Shown: positions 9,104 through 18,571, counted from the first letter of the stretch. The stretch is 64,000 nucleotides of DNA from Rhizobium sp. Q54 (GCA_945904955.1 CAMDPO010000007.1:11839-75838); one strand, 5' to 3'. Notes: generated by a model not told the origin, from the letters alone. A program made the numbers and translations.

Positions 9104-11551
9104 CTACAACGACTGGATGGGCAGCGACCGGCAGCGCGTGCGGGTCGCGGCGAAGAACGCGTTGGCGACCGCCGGCGCCACCGGCGGCACGCCGGGCTCA
9201 CCCGCACCGCCGGGCGCCTCAACGCTCGGGACGAGATGCACCTCGACGAGCGGCGCTTCGTGGAAGCGCACGATCGGATAATCGGCGAAGCTCTGCTCGA
9301 CGACCGCCCCATCGCGGAAGGTGATCTCGCTCAGAAGCGTCGCACCGAGCGCGAATATGACCGCACCTTCCATCTGCGCGGCCACCGCGTCTGGAGTGAT
9401 GACAACGCCGCAATCGGCGGCGACGACCACGCGATCGATGCGCGGCACACCGGCTGGACGCGCAGTCACCTCCACTACGATCGCCACGTAGCTGCCGAAC
9501 GAGCGGTAGCACGCAACGCCGCGGCCGCGACCGGCGGGGAGCGGCTCGCTCCATCCCGCCTTGGCGGCGGCAAGGGACAGCGTGCCGGCGAGCCGTGGCT
9601 GCGCCGACAAGTGCGCGATGCGGAACGCGAGCGGATCAGCGCCCGCGGCGTGGGCGAGTTCGTCGACGAACGACTCGACGTGGAATGCGTTCTGGCTTGC
9701 GCCGACCGCGCGCCACGCGCTCGTCGGCACCGGCACATCGACGCGCACTTGCTCTTCGCGGTAGTGCGGTACGTCGTAGAGCATGTTGATGCCGTCCAGC
9801 GACATGCTGGGCCCCGCCACCTTCATCGCGATAGCCTCGATGCGCTCGCCCTTCACCGCGCCGCGCATCTGCGCGCAGTTGGGCGGGCGGAAAGAGCCGT
9901 GGCGCAAATCGTCGTCGCGCGACCACAGGAGTTGCACCGGGCGGCCGATGGCCTTGGCGACCTCGACCGCTTCCTGCACGAAGTCACTGTCCATGCGGCG
10001 GCCGAACGAGCCGCCGAGGAACGTGGTGTGGACGGCGATGGCCTCGGGCTTGAGCCCGGCGACTTCTGCGGCCACCGCGCGCGCGTCGGCGGGCGATTGG
10101 GTTCCCACCCAGATCTCGCCGTCATGGGTGCCGAGACGCACGGTGCAGTTCATCGGCTCCATCGGCGCATGCGCCTGGAAGGGTGTCGCGTAGGTCGCCT
10201 CGACGACGCTGCCCGCGCGTTTGAGCGCGGCATCCGGCTCGCCACTGCTGCGCCCGATGCGGCCAGCCTTGGCGAGGCCGGCGGAGATCGCGCGCGCAAT
10301 GGTGGCGCTGTCGAATCCGGCGCGTGCCTTCCAGCGCAGGGCGAGCGCCGCGCGACCGCTGAAGGCAGCCCACGGACTGTCCGCGACAACGGCAATGCCC
10401 GCCTGCACCTCGAGCACTTGCAGCACGCCGGGCGTTGCTTCGGTGCGGCTCGTGTCGGCCTCGGCAAGGCGCGCCTCGGCGCCGGGCGGGCGTTGAATGA
10501 CGGCGTAGACCATGTCCGGCACGCGCACGTCGAAGCCGTAGACCGTCTCGCCCCGCACATGCCCGGGCAATTCCATGCGTGGCACTTTCGTGCCGATCAG
10601 GCGGAACGACGCGCGCTCCTTCAGAGTGACGCGGGCGGGCGGCGTGCGCGGCGCGGCGTCCGCGGCGAGCGCGCCGTAGCCGAGCACCTTGTTGCTGGGG
10701 AGGTGACGCACGGCGCCGGCGTCGGCACGGCACTCGGTCGATGGGACATTCCACGCCGCTGCTGCGGCCGCAACGAGCATCTCGCGCGCGGCGGCGCCGG
10801 CGCGGCGCAACGGCTCGTAGCTGGAGCGGATACTGGTGCTGCCGCCGGTCGACTGCTCGCCGAACATCGTGTTGGCGTAGGCGCGATCGACGGGGGCGAA
10901 TTCCGCGCGTACCTGGGCGAGATCGACCTCAAGCTCTTCGGCGACCAGCATGGCGAGGCCGGTCACGACACCCTGCCCCATCTCGGCGCGATCGATGCGC
11001 ACCGTGACCATGCCGTCGTCGCCGATCGCCACCCACGGGTTGAAGGCATGGGGCGTCGCGGCAGGGCGCGGGGCGGCGGGCAGGCGGGCCGATGCAGCGC
11101 GGGGCGCATGGGCGGCGGCCAGGTGGGCGAGGGCCTTCCGGGCGCGCGTGTAGCTGCCGCAGCGGCAAAGAACTTCGGTCAACGCACGTCCGACCGCGGC
11201 GGGGGACGCGCCGGCCTGCGCAGTGGCCGCGGCCGCCGCCATGACCATGGCGGGTTGGCAGTAGCCGCACTGGGGCACCTGCTCGGCGATCCAGGCCTCA
11301 ATGACGGGATGGCCGGCCGCGGCGAGGCCTTCGATGGTGGTAACCGCCCGGCCAGAGACCTCGGCGAGGGTGATCTGGCAGGCTTTGGCCGCTTTTCCAT
11401 CGATGTGCAGGGTGCAAACCCCGCAAACGCCGACGCCACACCCATATTTGGTGCCGAGGAGCCCCAATTCGGTGCGCAAGATCCACAAAAGAGGGGTATC
11501 CGGGGCGGAGACGATATTGGTCGAACGACCGTTCAGTTGCAGGGTGACCAC
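9104..11551 (-). CDS. Fused 2x[2Fe-2S] / molybdopterin oxidoreductase (IorA-IorB-like, xanthine dehydrogenase family)
   Basis: N-terminal GCGVGVCGVC, QCGYCQP and CRCG; C-terminal RAEMGQG, TGGSTSI, HAPMEP, GGSFGRR and GAGEP. Confidence 0.88.
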   Translation of the reverse strand: MVTLQLNGRSTNIVSAPDTPLLWILRTELGLLGTKYGCGVGVCGVCTLHIDGKAAKACQITLAEVSGRAVTTIEGLAAAGHPVIEAWIAEQVPQCGYCQPAMVMAAAAATAQAGASPAAVGRALTEVLCRCGSYTRARKALAHLAAAHAPRAASARLPAAPRPAATPHAFNPWVAIGDDGMVTVRIDRAEMGQGVVTGLAMLVAEELEVDLAQVRAEFAPVDRAYANTMFGEQSTGGSTSIRSSYEPLRRAGAAAREMLVAAAAAAWNVPSTECRADAGAVRHLPSNKVLGYGALAADAAPRTPPARVTLKERASFRLIGTKVPRMELPGHVRGETVYGFDVRVPDMVYAVIQRPPGAEARLAEADTSRTEATPGVLQVLEVQAGIAVVADSPWAAFSGRAALALRWKARAGFDSATIARAISAGLAKAGRIGRSSGEPDAALKRAGSVVEATYATPFQAHAPMEPMNCTVRLGTHDGEIWVGTQSPADARAVAAEVAGLKPEAIAVHTTFLGGSFGRRMDSDFVQEAVEVAKAIGRPVQLLWSRDDDLRHGSFRPPNCAQMRGAVKGERIEAIAMKVAGPSMSLDGINMLYDVPHYREEQVRVDVPVPTSAWRAVGASQNAFHVESFVDELAHAAGADPLAFRIAHLSAQPRLAGTLSLAAAKAGWSEPLPAGRGRGVACYRSFGSYVAIVVEVTARPAGVPRIDRVVVAADCGVVITPDAVAAQMEGAVIFALGATLLSEITFRDGAVVEQSFADYPIVRFHEAPLVEVHLVPSVEAPGGAGEPGVPPVAPAVANAFFAATRTRCRSLPIQSL

Positions 11552-11791
11552 AAGCCCTCGACTGCCTTCGCACCAAGATTTGTGAGAATTTCTGCCGCTT
11601 GCCGGGTTGGGAAGGCCCTACGGAGCCCCGCGCCCTAGGTTTTGGCCCCTGTTTGTGCTATATTGTCACACAAGGGTAGCGATCAGCGCAAAAGACGGAC
11701 CGGGGGCCCACGATCGCCACGAACGGCGGCGAATCGGCGGTGAGGTGCGTTCCGGCGCAAGACGCGAACCAAAGCTCATGGAGAAAAGATC

Positions 11792-12679
11792 GTGACGCCG
11801 AAAAGCAAGTCGAAGCGCCCGGCGGAGCGCGCGCCCGTGAAGGCGGCCGCAGCGAGCGGCCACGGCCGCACTCCGGCGCGACCGGCGAGTGCGGGGACTC
11901 GCCGGAAGGTCGAGAAAGAAGCGCCGCGGCCCCAGGCCGCGCGGCCCGCACCGAAGAGCGTCGCGCCCAGGAGCGTGGCAAAGCCGGCGACCAAAGTCGC
12001 GGCCAAGCCGGTGGCTCCCAAGGTCGCCGCGCCAACCATCAAAAAAGCGGCGGCGCCAGCGAAGGCGATGCCGCGTCCAGGACAGGTATCAGTGGTACGC
12101 AAGGGTGTAGAGAAGCCGGAGGTCATCAAGGCGCCTCCGATCAACGCGAAGCTCGCCGCTAAGCAGAAGGCGAAGGAGCACGCTGAGGCGCTGCAAGAGT
12201 TCGGCGCCAAGGACTACATCGTCTATCCGACTCACGGCGTCGGCTTTATCCAGGCGGTCGAACGCCAGGAGATCGCCGGCATGCACGTCGACCTGTTCGT
12301 CATCACGTTCGAGAAGGACAAGATGACGCTGCGGGTACCCGTCTCGAAGGCGAAGCACGTCGGCATGCGCAAGCTGTCGACGCCCAAGATCATGGACTCG
12401 GCGCTGGCGACCCTGAAGGGCCGCGCTCGCGTCAAGCGCACCATGTGGAGCCGCCGCGCCCAGGAGTACGAGGCAAAGATCAACTCGGGCAATCCGGTGT
12501 CGATCGCCGAGGTCATCCGCGACCTGCACCGCAGCGCCAACCAACCCGACCAGTCGTACAGCGAACGCCAAATCTACGAGGCGGCGCTGGAGCGCTTGGC
12601 GCGCGAGCTCGCTGCGGTCGAGAAGATCGACGAGCAGGCGGCCACCGAGCGCCTCGAAAAGGTTCTGAAGGCGGCCTAG
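11792..12679 (+). CDS. carD: CarD/CdnL transcription factor with a basic low-complexity N-terminal extension
   Basis: DYIVYPTHGVG...MWSRRAQEYEAKINSG..QSYSERQIYE; GGAG upstream of the GTG start. Confidence 0.9.
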   Translation: MTPKSKSKRPAERAPVKAAAASGHGRTPARPASAGTRRKVEKEAPRPQAARPAPKSVAPRSVAKPATKVAAKPVAPKVAAPTIKKAAAPAKAMPRPGQVSVVRKGVEKPEVIKAPPINAKLAAKQKAKEHAEALQEFGAKDYIVYPTHGVGFIQAVERQEIAGMHVDLFVITFEKDKMTLRVPVSKAKHVGMRKLSTPKIMDSALATLKGRARVKRTMWSRRAQEYEAKINSGNPVSIAEVIRDLHRSANQPDQSYSERQIYEAALERLARELAAVEKIDEQAATERLEKVLKAA

Positions 12680-12846
12680 CCGTCCTCGTCCCCTGCCTGA
12701 TGCCGAGCGGCATACGCCGCTCGGCATCGATCTCAAGTCAGAGCTTGAAGCCATAAGTCTGGGCTTGAAGCCCACAGGCATCTACGTCAGTAGATGCAGC
12801 GTGCAGATGCGCGTGGGCGCGGGCATCGTGCGCGGTTGCGCGGGGA

Positions 12847-13665
12847 GTGCGCACACGAGTGGCCGCTGAACCGGCAAGCTTCTTCTCGGTGTTGGCGCCC
12901 GGGCGGCGCGTGTGGGCGGTGGGCGCGATCCACGGTGAGGCTGCGCGCCTGGCCGCCCTGCACGACACCCTGCGCGAGCGCTTCGCCACCGGCGATCGCC
13001 TGGTCTACCTCGGCAACTACCTCGGCCACGGGCCCGACGTGCTTGGCGTGCAAAACCAGATGCTGGCGTTCCGGCGCGAGATCATCGCGCGGCCGGGGGT
13101 ATTCGCCTGCGACGTCGCCTTCCTGCGCGGCGCCCAGGAGGAGATGTGGCGCAAGCTGATGCAGCTGCAGTTCGCCACCAGCCCCGGTGAGGTGTTGGAG
13201 TGGATGCTGGGTCAGGGCGTCGAGCCCACGCTGAAGGCCTACCGGCAGGATGCACGCGACGCCAAGATCGCCTGCCGCGAAGGGGCACTCGCCATCGCCA
13301 AGTGGACCGTTCAGGTCCGCAACGCAGTCCACGCGCACGCCGGCCACGACGAGTTGTTCGCGTCGCTGCGCCGCGCCGCCCACACCGCCGGCCAAGAGCT
13401 TCTGTTCGTCGCGGCCGGCATTGATCCGAACCGCCCGCTCAAGCAGCAGGGCGACGTGTTCTGGTGGGGGTCGGGCTACTTTTCGCAGCTCGCCACCCCA
13501 TATGAGGGCTTCCGCCGGGTGGTGCGCGGCTACAGCCGCACGCGCGATGGGGTCGACGTCGAAAGCTACGGCGCGACCATCGACGGCGGCAGCGGCCGGG
13601 GGGGCACCCTCAACGCCGTCTGCTTCGACTACCACGGCAAGGCCGTCGACTGGATCGAGGCCTAG
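12847..13665 (+). CDS. Metallophosphoesterase-fold protein with degenerate metal ligands
   Basis: Motif order of PPP/ApaH phosphatases (GAIHG, LGNYLGHG, LRGAQE, FVAAGI, VVRGYS) with ligands substituted. Confidence 0.7.
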   Translation: MRTRVAAEPASFFSVLAPGRRVWAVGAIHGEAARLAALHDTLRERFATGDRLVYLGNYLGHGPDVLGVQNQMLAFRREIIARPGVFACDVAFLRGAQEEMWRKLMQLQFATSPGEVLEWMLGQGVEPTLKAYRQDARDAKIACREGALAIAKWTVQVRNAVHAHAGHDELFASLRRAAHTAGQELLFVAAGIDPNRPLKQQGDVFWWGSGYFSQLATPYEGFRRVVRGYSRTRDGVDVESYGATIDGGSGRGGTLNAVCFDYHGKAVDWIEA

Positions 13666-13759
13666 GACCACGCGCTAGGCGGGCTAAGTCCTACGCCCTT
13701 AGTAGTCTTTTGGCAGGGACCGGCCGGGGAGGCCTGCGGCTCTGCGCCTGGCCGCCATC

Positions 13760-13787
13760 TTGTAATAGCCGAGTTAGTGACTATACT
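13760..13787 (+). promoter_or_regulatory. Candidate sigma70/sigma32-type promoter upstream of rpoH2
   Basis: TTGTAA-N16-TATACT in an AT-rich patch. Confidence 0.45.
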
Positions 13788-13960
13788 ATTATTCGTGCTC
13801 CTGACGAAAACTCAGGGGCTATTTTTTCCCCCGCAACGCGCGGGAAACCTCGTTACTCCGGCCGGGACACCGGCCCTCGTGCCCTAGCCGGCGGCCCGTG
13901 CCCCGGCCGGAGTAGACGCCTTTGATGAGGCCGCGCGCGCAGCGCGGATGGGACATTGCC

Positions 13961-14839
13961 ATGAGCTACATCGACACCCGTGAGGGCCGGCTGGCGATTC
14001 GCCAGTACGTCCGTGCCGCCATGAAAATCCCGCTCCTCGAGCGCGACGAGGAGCAGAAGCTTGCCCGCCGTTGGCGGGACAAGCGGGACGTGCGCGCGCT
14101 CCACGCCCTGGTCGAGCCGCACATGCGCCTCGTCATCAGCATTGCCGCGCGCTATCGCGCCTACGGATTGCCGCAGGCTGACCTCGTCCAGGAGGGCAAC
14201 GTCGGCCTGATGCAGTCCGCCGAGCGATTCGATCCGGATCGGCTGGTGCGCTTCTCGACCTATGCCGGCTGGTGGATTCGTTCGGCGATCCAGGAGTACG
14301 TGCTGCGCAACTGGTCGATCGTGCGTACCGGCACGACCGCTGCGCAGAAGTCGCTGTTCTTCAACCTGCGTCGCTTGCAGGCGCGTATCGAGCGCGCCGG
14401 CGGCAACCCGTCCACGCCGGAGTCGGCGAACGAGATCGCGCGGGTGCTGCGGGTTCCTAAGCGCGACGTCGACAACATGCGCGAGCGCCTGGCGGCGTCG
14501 GACCGTTCCTTGAACGCGCCGCTCGGCGAAGAGGCGGACGCGGAATGGCAGGACGTGCTGCCCGACGATCGCCCGGGGCCCGAGGACATCGTGCGTACCC
14601 AGCACGACTCGGCGATGCGGTCGCGGTGGATCGAGTCGGCACTGTCCGAGCTCAGCCCGCGCGAGCAGACCATCGTGCGCGCGCGCCGCTTGAGCGAGAG
14701 CACGCGCACGCTCGAATCGCTCGGCGACTCGTTGGGCATCAGCAAGGAGCGGGTGCGCCAGATCGAACAGGAGGCGCTCAACAAGCTCCGCCATGCGATC
14801 TTGCGCCAAGCCGGCGACCTCGAAGCGGTCACCGGCTAG
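13961..14839 (+). CDS. rpoH2: RNA polymerase sigma-32 family factor (RpoH2-like)
   Basis: DLVQEGNVGLM, RFSTYAGWWIR, RpoH box TTAAQKSLFFNLR, and ISKERVRQIE. Confidence 0.88.
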   Translation: MSYIDTREGRLAIRQYVRAAMKIPLLERDEEQKLARRWRDKRDVRALHALVEPHMRLVISIAARYRAYGLPQADLVQEGNVGLMQSAERFDPDRLVRFSTYAGWWIRSAIQEYVLRNWSIVRTGTTAAQKSLFFNLRRLQARIERAGGNPSTPESANEIARVLRVPKRDVDNMRERLAASDRSLNAPLGEEADAEWQDVLPDDRPGPEDIVRTQHDSAMRSRWIESALSELSPREQTIVRARRLSESTRTLESLGDSLGISKERVRQIEQEALNKLRHAILRQAGDLEAVTG

Positions 14840-14864
14840 CCGCACCATACGTCGAAGAAAAGCG

Positions 14865-14897
14865 AAAGCGCCCCTCCCACCGGAGGGGCGCTTTTTT
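14865..14897. terminator. Bidirectional intrinsic terminator
   Basis: AAAGCGCCCCTCC-CACC-GGAGGGGCGCTTTTTT between convergent genes. Confidence 0.85.
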
Positions 14898-14899
14898 CG

Positions 14900-16378
14900 T
14901 TAGTGGACGACGACCTTGACCTTGTCGCCCGGCGCAACGCCGGCGGCCGCGTCGAGATGATTGAGCATGCGCAGCCAATCGAGCGGGTGGTCGAGCATGC
15001 GCATCTGCGCGGCCAACGCCTCAATGCCGGTGCCCGGTTCCGCGGTCAGTACGCGCAGTCGCATGGGCTGGATGCTCGCCACCTCGGCGGCCGGCAGGCG
15101 CCGCAGCGAGACGGGCGCTTCGAGCATCCGCTCGGCCATCTCCGCCGACAGCGGTCCCGGCAGGAAGAACCGGAAGCGGAAGTACGTCGTCGGGTTGACG
15201 CGGATGGTTGCGAACAGCACCTGGGCCGGCACGCCGTCCTGGCCGATTGCCGTGGCGCGCCCGAACGCCGCCTGCATGTCGGCGACGGTTTGCTCTTCGA
15301 CGTGTTCGAGCTCGAACGTCGAGATGACGCTGCGGCGTAGATAGGCGGCGAGGCTTTCGGTCTGCACGCTGCGCAGCTGCTGCATGTCGAACAGCATCGA
15401 CGCGCCGTGCGGCCCTTCGGCCGAAATCGACGTCGGGCGCGTGCGGCTGAAATGGAACCCCGGCGGCAAGGTGAACGTGTAGCGATTGAACGTGTCGACG
15501 TAGGTGTTGCCGATCACCATGCCTTCGGCGGGCCGGCGCCCATAGACGAGGCCGTCGATCATGCCGAGGAACGGCTCGCGGCCAATGGTCCATTTCGGAC
15601 CGTCCGACGCGGCGGCCGGCAGGTAGCCGGCGGCGAGGGCGTCGGCGAGGGCGCCACCCCCGGCCCGGGCGCGCTCAACGGCCTGCGCCGCCTGGGTGGC
15701 GCGGCGCAGGCGCTCGGCAATCGACGGGTGGGTGTTGGGATTGCGCGGGCGTGGCTCGCCTGCGCGTTGGGCGAGCTGGACGTGCTCGCCGATTGCCGCC
15801 AGGAAGCGCGCCTGCGCCATGGGGTCATAGCCGGCGTCGGCCAGCATGCGGATGCTGACCGCGTCGGCGTCCAGCTCTTGCTCCTGGTTGAACTGGTTCC
15901 ACGTGTCGGCGAGGGCGCTGACCGGCGCGCCGGGGAGTTGGTCCTGCAACAGGCTGCGCTGATTGGCGTGGCGCTGGGCGAGATGCGAAATCTCGTGGGC
16001 CAGCACGGCGGCGAGCTCCGCCTCCGAATTGGCGACGAGCAGCATCTGGCGCGTGATGTAGATGTAGCCGCCCGGCATGGCGAAGGCGTACGGGTCGCCG
16101 AAGTCCAGCACCGTGAAGATGTAGTCGTAGGCACGTTCCGGCAGAGTGGCGATGAGGCGCTTGCCGATGTCGGCGACGTACTGGCCGACCTTGGCGTCCA
16201 TGTACTCGCCGCCGAAGCGCTGAACGACGCCGGGATGTTCGCGCTGTCCGATGCGGACTTCCTGCGCGATGGTGAGCTCGGCGGCAGCTGCCGGCAATGC
16301 ACTGCCGAACGCTAAACTGGCCACGGCCAGCGCGCCCAGGAGAACGGAGAGTCTCGCACCCCTCATGGACGCCGCCAT
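14900..16378 (-). CDS. M48 family zinc metalloprotease, secreted
   Basis: AFAMPGGYIY, AVLAHEISH (HExxH), QELDAD and THP motifs; signal peptide. Confidence 0.88.
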   Translation of the reverse strand: MAASMRGARLSVLLGALAVASLAFGSALPAAAAELTIAQEVRIGQREHPGVVQRFGGEYMDAKVGQYVADIGKRLIATLPERAYDYIFTVLDFGDPYAFAMPGGYIYITRQMLLVANSEAELAAVLAHEISHLAQRHANQRSLLQDQLPGAPVSALADTWNQFNQEQELDADAVSIRMLADAGYDPMAQARFLAAIGEHVQLAQRAGEPRPRNPNTHPSIAERLRRATQAAQAVERARAGGGALADALAAGYLPAAASDGPKWTIGREPFLGMIDGLVYGRRPAEGMVIGNTYVDTFNRYTFTLPPGFHFSRTRPTSISAEGPHGASMLFDMQQLRSVQTESLAAYLRRSVISTFELEHVEEQTVADMQAAFGRATAIGQDGVPAQVLFATIRVNPTTYFRFRFFLPGPLSAEMAERMLEAPVSLRRLPAAEVASIQPMRLRVLTAEPGTGIEALAAQMRMLDHPLDWLRMLNHLDAAAGVAPGDKVKVVVH

Positions 16379-16433
16379 TCTATGGCTCGGCTGAGGCCGG
16401 GTCCATGCACGAAGCAGGGAACCGGCCTTCCCT

Positions 16434-17219
16434 TCAGGGCAGCAGCTGGATTTGTTCGGGGTGCGTGACGTCGATCACCGGACCGTTATAGGAGCGGAGC
16501 CACCCGCGCACGCGGATGCGCTTGCCGGCCATCTTGAGGAGATCGATGCCTTCGCGCACGAAGGTGCGCACGTCGGTGGGCGCCACCGAGACGGTGAAGT
16601 CGTTGCGCCAGTCAGGCCCGAAATTGAGGTAGATGCGCCCGCCGACCTGCTCGGCGGCCAGCACCTTGCCCTCGACGATCTCGAAGCGGTTCAGGAAGCG
16701 ATCGGTGTCCTCGGCTGCACGTACCCCGTAGCGGCCGTCGGCCCAAATACCGAGGCGGGCGACCCTTGCTGCGTCTTCGATCTCTTGCATGGCGACAATC
16801 ATTCCTCTGTTCTCGGCCGCGCTTTCGACGCGGGCGAGGCCCATGCGCACCAACTCTCCCTGGATCCATCGCTCCTGGTCGAAGACCTGGGCGACGAGGC
16901 GCCCGTAGCGATCGATGGCGGGACTAGAAACGCGCAGGTGCACGGTACGCCCAAGCACAAGGCTCGACAGGGCGCCTTTGGCGATATCCGCAAAGGGGGT
17001 AGCGAACCGGAACGCGGTATCCCCTTCCGGGGTTGAGGGAGCGCCGATGGCGGCGAGGCGAACGACGCGCCCGTCGGCGAGCACGAGGGTGCGTCCATCC
17101 AACACCTCGCGCACTTCCCCCGCGCCGCCGTCGATCAGGCGCGGCTCGGCAGCGGACGCCGCGGGCGCCGCTAAGAGCAGCGCCACAAATGCGAACCACG
17201 CGGAGCCGATGCGGGGCAT
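16434..17219 (-). CDS. Thermonuclease (SNase) family secreted protein with a C-terminal OB-like domain
   Basis: VRLAAI, DRYGRLVAQV, GLARV and E.AAR.ARLGIW; then YLNFGPDWRNDFTV; start ATG 17219. Confidence 0.85.
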   Translation of the reverse strand: MPRIGSAWFAFVALLLAAPAASAAEPRLIDGGAGEVREVLDGRTLVLADGRVVRLAAIGAPSTPEGDTAFRFATPFADIAKGALSSLVLGRTVHLRVSSPAIDRYGRLVAQVFDQERWIQGELVRMGLARVESAAENRGMIVAMQEIEDAARVARLGIWADGRYGVRAAEDTDRFLNRFEIVEGKVLAAEQVGGRIYLNFGPDWRNDFTVSVAPTDVRTFVREGIDLLKMAGKRIRVRGWLRSYNGPVIDVTHPEQIQLLP

Positions 17220-17297
17220 GGCGTAGACTGTAGCCCATGCGGCTTGCGCCGCGCGCGCCTGCGGCGCGACGGCACCCAGGGGTGGCGGAGGAGCGAC

Positions 17298-17648
17298 ATG
17301 AAGGCGAGCAAACGGTTCGGTTGGCTGGTGGCGGCGGGTCTCGGTCTGGCGGGCGTCGGCGGCGCGCCAGCGCACGCAGAGTACTGGCAAACGCAGGTGT
17401 TCCTGCAGCAGCCCCAGGACCATCAGCGCGCCTATGTCAGCGGCCTGCTCGACATGTACCAGCACGCCCGCGCGCAGCTGGCGCCGGTGCCACGCGACCC
17501 GATCTGGGAGTGCGCGCGCCAGATGAACGGCGAGACCATCCGCGCCCGGTTCATCGAGTGGGTCCTGGCCGAACCGGCCCTATGGCGGTTCAGCCCCGCG
17601 GACCTGTTCCTCCAGGCGATGGAGGACTTCTGCCGCACTGGACGGTAG
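17298..17648 (+). CDS. Secreted hypothetical protein (Rap1a/Tai-like pattern)
   Basis: GGAGG RBS, signal peptide ending AHA, YVSGLLD and two Cys. Confidence 0.65.
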   Translation: MKASKRFGWLVAAGLGLAGVGGAPAHAEYWQTQVFLQQPQDHQRAYVSGLLDMYQHARAQLAPVPRDPIWECARQMNGETIRARFIEWVLAEPALWRFSPADLFLQAMEDFCRTGR

Positions 17649-17662
17649 TCTTTGGCCCGGCT

Positions 17663-17739
17663 GCGCCCGTAGCTCAGCAGGATAGAGCAGCAGATTCCTA
17701 ATCTGCAGGTCGTGGGTTCGAGTCCCGCCGGGCGCACCA
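17663..17739 (+). tRNA. tRNA-Arg (CCT)
   Basis: GCGCCCG acceptor stem, anticodon arm GCAGA-TTCCTAA-TCTGC, GTTCGA T-loop, encoded CCA end. Confidence 0.95.
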
Positions 17740-17752
17740 TCCGCGAGGCATC

Positions 17753-18571
17753 ATGAAATCGTTCGCCTGGTTGCTGTGCGCGAGCCTCGCCGCTGTCTTG
17801 GTGGCGGCGCCGGCGCTTGCCCAGCAGGCGCGGCCGGGGCAGCAGCAGCCGGCACAAACCAACCAGCTCGCCCCCCTCGACGTGCTGATGCGCAACTTCG
17901 AGTCGATGGCGTTCGGGGACGCTGGCGAGCGCAGCAAATGGACGGCCGTGACGCGCTGGCGCGAGCCGGTGCGCGCCGTCCTGATCGGGGAAAAGTCGGA
18001 TCAGTTTCGCAACGACGTGCGCGGCCTGTTCGCCGTGTTCGAGATGCTGACCGGCGTGCCGTTCTCCCTCGCCGACGGTGACGGCGGCGCCAACGTGCGC
18101 ATCTATTTCTCCGAGCGCGATTGGTATCGCACCCAAGTGGCGCGCTCGTTCCCGCGGCCGGACCAGGTCGTGTGCTTCACCAACACCAGCGTCGACACCA
18201 ACGGCGTCATCGGTGCGGCGAACACGGTCATCCCCGAGGACTTGAGCGCACGCGGCGTGCGGACCTGCCTGGCGCATGAGCTCCTGCACGCCATCGGCTT
18301 CCAGGGCCATCCGATGCGCTCGTTCGACTCCGCCTTGCGCAACGGCATCGGCATCGACCGGCTGACGGTCAACGATCAGGTGCTGATCCGCACCCTCTAC
18401 GACGAGCGCTTGCGCTTCGACATGGCGCCGGACGAGGCCCTGACCGCCGCCACCGCCATCGTCACGGCTTTGCAGGCGAAGGTGCTGGAGGCCAAGGATC
18501 CTCTTGATGTCCTCGCCCAGCGCGGCCGCCTTCCGCTGACGATACCGCCCTGGAACGGCGGGCCGGTCTAG
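17753..18571 (+). CDS. DUF2927-family secreted protein (HExxH)
   Basis: Signal peptide; RWREPVR, CLAHELLHAIG and LT.ND.VLIRTLYDERL. Confidence 0.75.
   Translation: MKSFAWLLCASLAAVLVAAPALAQQARPGQQQPAQTNQLAPLDVLMRNFESMAFGDAGERSKWTAVTRWREPVRAVLIGEKSDQFRNDVRGLFAVFEMLTGVPFSLADGDGGANVRIYFSERDWYRTQVARSFPRPDQVVCFTNTSVDTNGVIGAANTVIPEDLSARGVRTCLAHELLHAIGFQGHPMRSFDSALRNGIGIDRLTVNDQVLIRTLYDERLRFDMAPDEALTAATAIVTALQAKVLEAKDPLDVLAQRGRLPLTIPPWNGGPV

Noticed and set aside
9236-11638. Long antisense or alternative-frame ORFs (e.g. 9236-11638 +, 38915-41395 +, 53868-55946 -, 43252-45147 +, 21367-23466 -)
   Set aside because: Shadow ORFs expected at high GC; each overlaps well-supported genes and has no recognisable motifs
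13797-13830. Hammerhead ribozyme (CTGACGA...GAAA-like core)
   Set aside because: No stem II between the core motifs and no three-way junction; it reads as a simple hairpin with a U-tract
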